64,000 nt of DNA from positions 1,408,001 through 1,472,000 of the forward strand of contig CAXXNF010000001.1 in the NCBI GenBank assembly GCA_963666365.2, written 5' to 3'. The position numbers and the translations under genes are program-made. The notes under the pieces are model-generated. The model worked only from the letters and a program-made list of their open reading frames with translations, had not been told where the DNA came from and searched no databases. Shown piece after piece: positions 56,337 through 64,000 of this stretch (positions are counted from its first letter, which is position 1; each line of letters begins with the position of its first letter). The DNA is from Syntrophales bacterium. Lineage in GTDB: Bacteria > Desulfobacterota > Syntrophia > Syntrophales > UBA2210.

Positions 56337-57053
56337 GTGCATGTGAGCAAAAGAGCCGAAGAGAAATATGTCAGAGGAATCAAGTACTGGCCCGTATCTG
56401 AGCGGCCAAGGGAGGTTCTTCTTGAAAAAGGGCCGGAATTTGTGTCTGACGCCGGACTCCTGGCAATTATTTTACGAACCGGCGTCAAAGGGAAGGATGC
56501 CGTATCGCTGGGACGGGAACTGATTGAAAGGTTCGGCGGCCTTCGGGGAATCCTGAGAGCCGACAGAGCCGAACTTCAAAAAATCAGAGGCCTGGGTGCG
56601 GCAAAGATTGCCCAGTTGATGGCGGCTATCGAAATAGTCAGGAGACAGCTCAAGGAAGACATTCTCGATCGCGCGGTGATAAAGGGGCCGGGAGACGTGG
56701 CGGATTATCTGTCGCTTACCATGGCGGACCGGAAGGAAGAGGTCTTTCGCGTCCTGTACCTCAACAGCGCCCATATGGTCCTCACGATCGAGGATGTCTG
56801 CAAGGGCACTATCGATCAGTCGGCCGTCTATCCCCGCGAGGTGATCAAGGGGGCCTTCGATGTGGGGGCGTCGGCCCTTATTTTTGTGCACAATCACCCC
56901 TCCGGCAATCTGGAACCGAGTGAACAGGATCTATTGCTGACGCGAAAATTGGTCGAAGCCTGCCGTGCCGTGGACCTGAAACCGCTGGACCATGTCATTG
57001 TCGGCGCTGCAGGCTATACATCGTTTAAAGAACGGGGGTTGTTGTCTTTTTAA
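56337..57053 (+). CDS. radC: RadC (JAB domain, HhH) family protein
   Basis: ERPRE, LLAIILRTG, GLGAAK, VYPREV, VHNHPSG...SEQD, LDHVIVG; exact start uncertain. Confidence 0.93.
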   Translation: MHVSKRAEEKYVRGIKYWPVSERPREVLLEKGPEFVSDAGLLAIILRTGVKGKDAVSLGRELIERFGGLRGILRADRAELQKIRGLGAAKIAQLMAAIEIVRRQLKEDILDRAVIKGPGDVADYLSLTMADRKEEVFRVLYLNSAHMVLTIEDVCKGTIDQSAVYPREVIKGAFDVGASALIFVHNHPSGNLEPSEQDLLLTRKLVEACRAVDLKPLDHVIVGAAGYTSFKERGLLSF

Positions 57054-57072
57054 CGAGGTGGACAGCGTTGTC

Positions 57073-58572
57073 ATGAAAATAAAGGCGCCCTGTGCCAATG
57101 TCGCGGCCCTTCTCGCGGGGCTGCTCTGTGCTCAGATCATTGCGACGATCCAGGTCCGCTGCTCGAACACCCTCCTCTATCGCTCTCTTGAAGTCCTGAG
57201 GGATGAGGGATATCTCATCGTGCCCAACGAGACCGTTATGGTCGGACTGAAGGGCATGGGTCCGTCCTTTGTAGGCGGGCTCTTTTTTACGCTTACCCTC
57301 GGTGCGGGACTTGCCTGTGCCGGATTGGCCTGCGCCTGGCTCTGGGATCGACTCTGCGCTCGTCGCACTGTCGCGCTGGCGCCGATATTCCTTCTCTGGT
57401 GCCTGGGCGTTGTCTTCGTGAACCGGGAGGGATGGTCGCTCTTCGGGACGCTCTATTTCGGCCTGGTTCCTCCCGCAGTCTTTCTGACCGCGCGGTGGAT
57501 CATGCCGCGGGGTGCCCGAGGGAGATTTTCTCTGACGGAGCTGATTCCTCTTCTCCCGCTTGTTATTTTAGCGGTACTGTGGGCGCCGCGCATGGAGGCG
57601 AGAACTTTTTCCGACATCAGGGATAATCTGCTTCTCAACTCGTCGACCGGCATTGCAATCGCCGAGGGTTATTACCGCTATACCCTCTACCCCGCCCAGG
57701 CCTTCAAGTCTCTGGATCAACGACTGTTGAAGACCTGCCGTCTTGAAGGCTTTGACATCCCCTCGATAAAAAAAACAGTTGCAGGGAGGCTCCTGCACTA
57801 TGACTATCTTCCGGTGACGGATAATGTGCACTCAGTCGATTGCGTTGTCTCCGGCAATGCAGCGGGGACGGTGACATTTTCACATAAAGGGCGGACAGTG
57901 CTTGCGCGACCGCTGGGGAAGTTCCTGGCCTTTCCCGGAGATGCGCTGAAGGAATACTCCCGTCGTCTCGATCGCTGCCGGTTCCTTCGCGCCGCCACCT
58001 TCGGGTCTCTTCTCTCGGCCAGCCCGCTGTTGCTCTACATCCTTATCTATGCCGGCCTGTATGCCCTTTGTATGGTCCGGCTGAGGGCGCTCCCCTCGTC
58101 GATCATTGCTTCAGGCCTCTGCCTGGCCGTTGGGGTTGTGTTTCTGGGGTTGTCGCTGGTTCAGGGCAGTGCTGCACCGGAGGATATGAGAGTGGCCCTC
58201 ACATCACCCCTGGTGAAGGAACGGATCAGCGCATTGCGGGTAATCGAAGGGCGAAACGCCGTGATTGACGAATATCAAAAGGCTGGCAATCCGGCAGGAA
58301 GCTCCCCTGTAGCCGAGCGCTACTGGCTGGCGCGCGCCCTTGCATCAAGTGGCTCATCCGAAACCTGCCGAATGCTCTATTCATTTCTTGACGACCCGAA
58401 TCCGATGGTCCGCTACGTTGCCTTCAACAGTCTCGGGAAGAGGGGAGGCTCCGATGCCGTAGGGGAGATAGCACGACGCATTCCCCATTTAGAGGACTGG
58501 TACAGCCAGCTTTATGCCTACAAGGCATTACGGAAACTGGGATGGACGCAAAAATATCCTCATATACGCTGA
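57073..58572 (+). CDS. Multi-pass membrane protein with C-terminal HEAT repeats
   Basis: Several TM segments; ERYWLARALA, LDDPNPMVRYVAFNSLGKRG; start placed at ATG 57073. Confidence 0.65.
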   Translation: MKIKAPCANVAALLAGLLCAQIIATIQVRCSNTLLYRSLEVLRDEGYLIVPNETVMVGLKGMGPSFVGGLFFTLTLGAGLACAGLACAWLWDRLCARRTVALAPIFLLWCLGVVFVNREGWSLFGTLYFGLVPPAVFLTARWIMPRGARGRFSLTELIPLLPLVILAVLWAPRMEARTFSDIRDNLLLNSSTGIAIAEGYYRYTLYPAQAFKSLDQRLLKTCRLEGFDIPSIKKTVAGRLLHYDYLPVTDNVHSVDCVVSGNAAGTVTFSHKGRTVLARPLGKFLAFPGDALKEYSRRLDRCRFLRAATFGSLLSASPLLLYILIYAGLYALCMVRLRALPSSIIASGLCLAVGVVFLGLSLVQGSAAPEDMRVALTSPLVKERISALRVIEGRNAVIDEYQKAGNPAGSSPVAERYWLARALASSGSSETCRMLYSFLDDPNPMVRYVAFNSLGKRGGSDAVGEIARRIPHLEDWYSQLYAYKALRKLGWTQKYPHIR

Positions 58573-59192
58573 TGCTGGCATGCGCGACCGTCGTTGCCAT
58601 CGAGGGGACGGCTGTTATGGCACTTTCAAGGAGCGCCATTCCGCCCCTGATGGTCACGGGCATTGCCCGCATAGCCGATATGATCGCGCTCCTTTTGATA
58701 CTTGCAAAGGCACAGGAGGGGTGCGAAAGAATCGGGCTTGCTGCCGGGCAGCGGTGGAAAGGGCTGCAGCGGGGCATGGTCTGGTCCTGTGGTTTTGCCG
58801 GCGTCGCCGCGCTGACATTTGGGAGCGTCTTTCTTGCGGGATACAACCCCCTGCTGCTCTTCCATGTAACCATGCCCGTCGATACCCGGAGCATTCTTAT
58901 GGTTTTTTTAGTGGGTGGACTGGCGGCGCCCGTTGCGGAAGAGCTGTTTTTCCGGGGCGTCATTTTCGGGTTTTTCAGGCGGTGGGGATTTCCGGCTGCC
59001 CTTGTGCTCAGCACAGGGCTCTTTGTCTGCATGCATCCGCAGGCGTTTTCCTTTCCCATTACCCGGATTGTGGGAGGAATCGTCTTTGCCGCCGCCTACG
59101 AGCGGGAAAAGAATCTGCTGGTTCCCATTATCATTCATGGACTGGGAAACATGGCCCTCTTCTCCCTTTCATTGATATCCCGTCTTTTCTAA
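58542..59192 (+). CDS. CPBP (CAAX/Abi) intramembrane glutamic protease
   Basis: APVAEELFFRG, LFVCMH, PIIIHGLGN. Confidence 0.88.
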   Translation: MDAKISSYTLMLACATVVAIEGTAVMALSRSAIPPLMVTGIARIADMIALLLILAKAQEGCERIGLAAGQRWKGLQRGMVWSCGFAGVAALTFGSVFLAGYNPLLLFHVTMPVDTRSILMVFLVGGLAAPVAEELFFRGVIFGFFRRWGFPAALVLSTGLFVCMHPQAFSFPITRIVGGIVFAAAYEREKNLLVPIIIHGLGNMALFSLSLISRLF

Positions 59193-59324
59193 TCTCAGCC
59201 CAGACAGATTTCCCCCGTGAAATGCGAAGCCTATTTCACCGGGACCAGACAGACCAGTTCTTCCTTGACACAGGGGGACCGTCGTGTATATGGTTACTGC
59301 ATTGCTATGTTCTTGCAGACGAAT

Positions 59325-59472
59325 CAGCATGCCGCTGGATATGTGGAAGAGGGGTGAAAAGCCCCCGCTGCCCCGCAGCCGTAAAGGGAACGAAAACCCA
59401 TGATGTCACTGTTGCGCTTGTGCGCAATGGGAAGACGGGTGAGTAGGTCGCCCTGAGCCGGAAGACCGATCC
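59325..59472 (+). ncRNA. Cobalamin riboswitch 1
   Basis: ggaagaggggtgaaaagcccccgctgccccgcagccgtaa, gtcactg...gggaag, B12-box gagccggaagacc; upstream of the ABC permease. Boundaries approximate. Confidence 0.88.
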
Positions 59473-59636
59473 ATTGGAAATTCCTCGAGGGAGGGTATCA
59501 TGAGAAAGATCCTACCATTTCCCGGCCAAAGGCTTGTGTGGCCCATTCCCCCATATTCAGTGACCACTATTGAAAGAGGACCGGCCGGTTTCATCAGCCG
59601 CGTCTGCGTCGCTTGATCTCTAAGGGTGTATGATTA

Positions 59637-60662
59637 ATGAGAAAAAAGCCGGTGACACTGCCTCTTGTGATCAAATATTCACTTATTCTTATGGCGGTCT
59701 TTGTATGCGTCGCCTTTCTGTCACTGCTTGTGGGTCCCGCTCATATCGAGGGGATCAGAACGGTGAAAGCCCTCGTGACGGGATGGCGCGACGGCGCAGC
59801 GGCGCTGACACCCGCCGAAAAGACCATTGTCTTTTCCATTCGGTTGCCTCGAGTGATTTTTGCGGGATTCGTAGGGGCGGCGCTTTCCACCGCCGGTGTT
59901 GTGTTTCAGGCCCTGCTTCGGAACCCTCTGGCGGAACCATATATTCTCGGCATTTCCGGCGGGGCGGCCGTAGGCGCCATTTGCGCGATCAGCCTGGGAT
60001 GGCAGGCCTTTGCCTTTGCGGTCCCGGGACTGGCCTTTCTGGGCGCCCTTCTGACAATTCTCCTGGTCTTTGCCGTCGGCCGGTCAGGGGGTGAAGCGGG
60101 CGCCACATCGCTTCTTCTGGCAGGGGTTATTGTGAACGCCTTTTTTTCCGCGATTATTATGTTCCTCATTTCGATAAGCAGGGGCGCCGATCTCCACAAC
60201 ATCACCTTTTGGCTTATGGGGGATCTGGGACTGGCGCGGGGCATAAAGATTGTATTCCCCGGTATATGCGCCCTTGTGGGAGCGGCGGCAGTCTATTCCC
60301 ATGCCCGATCGCTCAACCTTATCGTTGCCGGCGAGGAGACGGCGCTTCAACTGGGGGTTGACGTTGAAAGGACGAAAATAGTGCTGCTCACGGCGGCATC
60401 GGCCATGACCGCCGTTGCCGTAGCGTTCAGCGGCATCATAGGATTCGTCGGGCTCATTATCCCGCATATCATGAGAATGCTTCTGGGCCCCGATCACAGG
60501 CTGCTGCTTCCGGCCGCCTTTCTGGGGGGGGCGTCTTTTCTGGCGGCGGCCGATACACTTGCACGGACGGCCGTTCCTTCTGCGGAACTTCCCGTCGGTG
60601 TGATCACGGCCTTCTGCGGCGCCCCCTATTTTATCTATCTGCTGAAAAGGAGATCACTCTAA
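59637..60662 (+). CDS. btuC: Cobalamin ABC permease (BtuC/FecCD family)
   Basis: IRLPR, FQALLRNPLAEPYILGISGGA, FWLMGDL, GEETALQLGV, IGFVGLIIPH, ELPVG; lies under a B12 riboswitch. Confidence 0.85.
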   Translation: MRKKPVTLPLVIKYSLILMAVFVCVAFLSLLVGPAHIEGIRTVKALVTGWRDGAAALTPAEKTIVFSIRLPRVIFAGFVGAALSTAGVVFQALLRNPLAEPYILGISGGAAVGAICAISLGWQAFAFAVPGLAFLGALLTILLVFAVGRSGGEAGATSLLLAGVIVNAFFSAIIMFLISISRGADLHNITFWLMGDLGLARGIKIVFPGICALVGAAAVYSHARSLNLIVAGEETALQLGVDVERTKIVLLTAASAMTAVAVAFSGIIGFVGLIIPHIMRMLLGPDHRLLLPAAFLGGASFLAAADTLARTAVPSAELPVGVITAFCGAPYFIYLLKRRSL

Positions 60663-60665
60663 GGC

Positions 60666-61457
60666 ATGCCGGCAATCGAAGCAAGGGACGTTCATTTCGA
60701 ATATGCTGAAATCCCTGTACTGAAAGGGCTTTCCTTTACCGGCGTCAGGGGTGAAATATTGGGCGTCATAGGACCCAACGGAGCCGGTAAAACCACGCTT
60801 CTCAGGATTATAGACGGTATTTGCGTTCCCTCTCGCGGAACGGTGCTGCTTGACGGGATCGATATGACCGCAATGACGAGAAGAGAGATTGCCAAAACCA
60901 TTGCCGTTGTTCCTCAGAACAGCCCCATGGTATTTTCCTTCACGGTGGAAGAAACGGTGATGATGGGACGGGCGCCTCATCTGGGCCGGCTTCGGTTCGA
61001 GGGGAAAGAGGATACGGCCATTGTCCGCAGGGCCATGGAACGGACGGGGATCTCGCAATTGGCCGGCCGGAGCATAGACGAATTGAGCGGAGGAGAGAGG
61101 CAGCGGGTCTTTATTTCCCGGGCCCTCGCACAGGAGCCCCGGATCATGCTTCTCGATGAATCGGCGGCCTTTCTCGATATAAAACACCAGGTATCCTTTT
61201 TCGAACTGCTGCGTATGCTGAACAGAGCGGAAGGCCTCACGGTGATGGTCGTGACCCACGATATCAATATGGCATCGCGCTACTGCGACCGGGTGATGCT
61301 CCTGAAGGACGGGCGGATTCATGTCATCGGAACGCCCCTTCAGGTGATTACAAAGGAACATATAGAGGAGGTCTATGAAACGGAGGTCCTGATCGATGCT
61401 CACCCACTCGAGGGTCTTCCGAGAATGACTTTGGTATCAAGGCGTCTTTCGGACTGA
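60666..61457 (+). CDS. btuD: Cobalamin/iron-chelate ABC ATP-binding protein
   Basis: GPNGAGKTT, LSGGERQRV, LLDE, VTHDINMA. Confidence 0.82.
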   Translation: MPAIEARDVHFEYAEIPVLKGLSFTGVRGEILGVIGPNGAGKTTLLRIIDGICVPSRGTVLLDGIDMTAMTRREIAKTIAVVPQNSPMVFSFTVEETVMMGRAPHLGRLRFEGKEDTAIVRRAMERTGISQLAGRSIDELSGGERQRVFISRALAQEPRIMLLDESAAFLDIKHQVSFFELLRMLNRAEGLTVMVVTHDINMASRYCDRVMLLKDGRIHVIGTPLQVITKEHIEEVYETEVLIDAHPLEGLPRMTLVSRRLSD

Positions 61458-61597
61458 GGAAGCCGGTCGAAATCCGGCGCTGCCCCGCAACTGTTGGCGG
61501 AACGAACCCCACATAGAAGTCACTTTCTCGACATATTCGAGAGGGGAAGGCGTGGGAAGTAGGTGAGAGGTAAGCCGCAAGCCAGGAGACTTGTCCG
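61432..61597 (+). ncRNA. Cobalamin riboswitch 2 (overlaps the end of the ATPase gene)
   Basis: aggaagccggtcgaaatccggcgctgccccgcaactgt, gtcact...gggaaggc, aagccaggagac. 5' boundary approximate. Confidence 0.92.
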
Positions 61598-61747
61598 AAA
61601 GGCAGAAATCAACATTTCCGACCGAGGGGAAAGGAGGTTGTGATGAAGAAACGATTCCCTGCGATTCCTCCCTGATGAGGCTGCCGTTGGTACCTGTAAT
61701 ATATTCCGACGACAATTTAAATACTTATGAGGAGGAAGAGAAAAAAG

Positions 61748-63628
61748 ATGAACCGGTTACGGTATGGTGTGTGGTTGTCCATAGTCGCGATAGTTGCAGT
61801 TTTCGCGCCCTCATGCGGAGGGGCGGAGGAGACGGCATTGAAGGAAGTGGTGGTCTCGGCCACCCGGATCGAGACGCCGGCGGAGGAAATAGGAAGTTCG
61901 ATTACCGTGATTACCGCGGAGGATATTGAGGCAAAGGGCTGCACGACCGTTGCAGAGGTGCTCAGGGGTGCGGCCGGTGTCGATGTGGCGGTTGCCGGCG
62001 GTCCCGGTCAGGAGAGTTCCCTTTTTCTCCGAGGCGCCGAGTCATATCAAACCCTGGTGTTGATCGACGGACTCGAGCTGAATGATCCCTCCGGCAGGAA
62101 TCGGGGCGTAAATTTTGCCAACCTTACCGTCGATAACATAGCGCGGATTGAAATACTGCGTGGTCCCCAGGGTCCGCTTTACGGGGCAGATGCCATGGGC
62201 GGGGTCATAAATATTATTACGAAAAAGGGGGAAGGCCGCCCCCGCTTTTTCATCGAGGGCGAGGGGGGGTCCTATGGAACCTGGAGAGAATCGGCAGGCG
62301 CGAATATGGGCAGCCAGCGATTCAACGCATCGATCGAGGCCTCTCATAGGAGCACCCGGGGGTTTTCCTCCGCCGACGACAGCCTGCCCGGAAACAGCGA
62401 GAAAGATAAATGGGAAAACACGAGCGCCTCGGCGCGCCTCGGGGTCGTCTTTTCCGAGAACGTCAAACTCGATTTCTCCGGCCGCTATCAGGATGGTCGC
62501 ACCCATCTGGATCAGGGGGGCGGCCCCAACCAGGACGCCCTTGAGTACCTGCTCGATGAACGCACGATGCTTGGCCGGGTGAAGGCCGATATACGCGCTC
62601 TTGACGGGCTCTGGGAGCAGACCCTTGCCTTCGGCATGGCCGACCATAAAAGGGCTTACAAGGATGATCCCTGGTCGGGGGACTATCGCTACGACGGGAA
62701 AAAAGAAGAACTGTCCTGGCAGCACAATCTTTACATCCACGATGCGCACACCCTGACCGTGGGATTGGAATATGAGAAGGAAGGGCTGGACGATCAACAG
62801 GCCCTGGATGTGACGGCCGATACGAAAAGTGTCTTTCTGCAGGATCAGATCACAGTGAAAGAGATATCATTTACCACCCTGGGCGTCCGGTATGATGAGC
62901 ACGAGAATTTCGGCGGGGAAGCCACCTTTCGTGTGACCCAGGCCGTTCTTCTCAGAGAATGGGATACAAAAATAAAAGGATCCTGCGGCACCGGATTTCG
63001 TGCGCCCAGCCTGAACGAACTGCATTACGTCAATCCCTGGGGTGGACCCGGTGGGAATCCCCACCTCAACCCCGAAGAGAGTACGGGATGGGACGTGGGA
63101 ATTGAGCAGTCGTTCCTCGCAGGGAACGTCACCATGGGACTCACCTATTTTCACAACAATTTTAAAAATCTCATCGAGTGGAACAACGGGTATGAAAACA
63201 CGGAAACTGCAAAAACACAGGGGGTTGAGTCGTTTCTTCACATAACCCCTCGACAGGACCTGTCGTTCACGCTGACCTATACCTATACGGATACGAAGGA
63301 CAAGGAGGGGGCACAATTGCGGCGCCGGCCTTTACATAAGGCTTCTCTGAACGCGGGATGGCACTTCCTCAATCGAGGGAAGCTGAATGTCGGCGTGCAG
63401 TATGCAGGTGCACGGGACGACAGCTACTGGAATGCCATGACGTTCACGACGGACGACGTTGTACTTGATGACTATATCATGGTACATTGTGCAGGATCAT
63501 ACGATATTTCAGATCGCCTTACATTGTTCGCCCGTGTTGAAAATTGTTTCGATGAAAAGTACTATGATGCGTACGGCTACGGGACGCCCGGATTTTCGCT
63601 CTACGGGGGTCTTAAGGTTTCCTTCTAA
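61748..63628 (+). CDS. btuB: TonB-dependent cobalamin receptor
   Basis: Signal peptide, TonB box EVVVSATR, plug (RIEILRGPQGPLYGADAMGGVINIITKKG), GFRAPSLNEL, C-terminal Phe; B12 riboswitch upstream. Confidence 0.88.
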   Translation: MNRLRYGVWLSIVAIVAVFAPSCGGAEETALKEVVVSATRIETPAEEIGSSITVITAEDIEAKGCTTVAEVLRGAAGVDVAVAGGPGQESSLFLRGAESYQTLVLIDGLELNDPSGRNRGVNFANLTVDNIARIEILRGPQGPLYGADAMGGVINIITKKGEGRPRFFIEGEGGSYGTWRESAGANMGSQRFNASIEASHRSTRGFSSADDSLPGNSEKDKWENTSASARLGVVFSENVKLDFSGRYQDGRTHLDQGGGPNQDALEYLLDERTMLGRVKADIRALDGLWEQTLAFGMADHKRAYKDDPWSGDYRYDGKKEELSWQHNLYIHDAHTLTVGLEYEKEGLDDQQALDVTADTKSVFLQDQITVKEISFTTLGVRYDEHENFGGEATFRVTQAVLLREWDTKIKGSCGTGFRAPSLNELHYVNPWGGPGGNPHLNPEESTGWDVGIEQSFLAGNVTMGLTYFHNNFKNLIEWNNGYENTETAKTQGVESFLHITPRQDLSFTLTYTYTDTKDKEGAQLRRRPLHKASLNAGWHFLNRGKLNVGVQYAGARDDSYWNAMTFTTDDVVLDDYIMVHCAGSYDISDRLTLFARVENCFDEKYYDAYGYGTPGFSLYGGLKVSF

Positions 63629-63638
63629 AGAGCGTTTA

Positions 63639-63710
63639 TTTGGTCCTTCTGGTCTATCTGGTCCTTTTGGTCTATCTGGTTCATTGGGTCTGTTTGGTTC
63701 ATTTGGTCGA
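63639..63710. repeat. Eight 9-mers (tYtggtYYN family)
   Basis: tttggtcct tctggtcta tctggtcct tttggtcta tctggttca ttgggtctg tttggttca tttggtcga, 10 bp after the btuB stop. Confidence 0.88.
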
Positions 63711-63750
63711 ATGGGGGGGGTTTTGGTTCTCAACGCAATTAACCATTTAG

Positions 63751-64000
63751 GGGTTTTCTCAGCGATCTCAGCGCCCCTGCGGGGGAACAAAAAAGAAAAA
63801 GCATTTCGCGCAGAGCCGCCGAGGCGCAGAGGAAGAGAGAAAAGAAAAATATAAATAGGTTTTCTCAGCGGTCCCTGCGCCTCTGCGGGAGGAAAAAAAG
63901 GTAAAAGAAAGAGACGCAAGATCGCGCAGGGGCATAGAAAACAAGAGAGACCAAGGAAAATATCTAAAGGTTTTCTCAGCGACCACAGCGTCCCTGCGGG
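63751..64000. repeat. Inverted, diverged copy of the 48.2-49.3 kb hairpin array (runs off the window)
   Basis: gaacaaaaaagaaaaagcatttcgcgcag and aaaaaggtaaaagaaagagacgcaagatcgcgcagggg are reverse complements of array segments. Confidence 0.9.

Noticed and set aside
56337..57053. radC as a marker of a mobile or anti-restriction element
   Set aside because: Full-length chromosomal-type RadC with the N-terminal HhH region; no integrase, att site or mobile genes nearby

Overview
Gene-dense, moderately GC-rich bacterial chromosome segment. Gene content and style suggest an anaerobic Desulfobacterota/Syntrophales-like organism (inference). From left to right: (1) the end of a type IV pilus operon (pilP 3' end, pilQ), a 1961-aa Ig-repeat lipoprotein with five 594-bp tandem units, two paralogous secreted proteins, and a convergent minor-pilin cassette (fimT-pilV-pilW-pilX) with no pilY1, whose PilW carries a poly-Thr stalk and an extra Cys-containing domain; (2) housekeeping genes (queF, TPR protein, M24 peptidase, gcvH-like, lipoate ligase, rpsU, LOG, holA, NYN nuclease); (3) an SDR, a branched-chain-type ABC transporter and two acyl-CoA synthetases; (4) a GT2 / GT-C-TPR / flippase glycosylation cassette; (5) a 2-hydroxy-acid catabolic operon (ABC transporter, LutABC, LarA-family racemase, split UxaA/SuyAB-like lyase); (6) a 1.1-kb hairpin repeat array, a sigma-54 activator with two visible enhancer palindromes and a -24/-12 promoter upstream of a receiver protein and an MCP, and a J-domain protein with MshEN-like repeats; (7) ddh, radC, a HEAT membrane protein and a CAAX protease; (8) a B12 uptake locus with two cobalamin riboswitches. 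Intergenic space holds several families of dispersed short-period or hairpin repeats. I saw no tRNA, rRNA, CRISPR array, transposase or prophage gene. All protein calls come from motif recognition by eye, not database searches.
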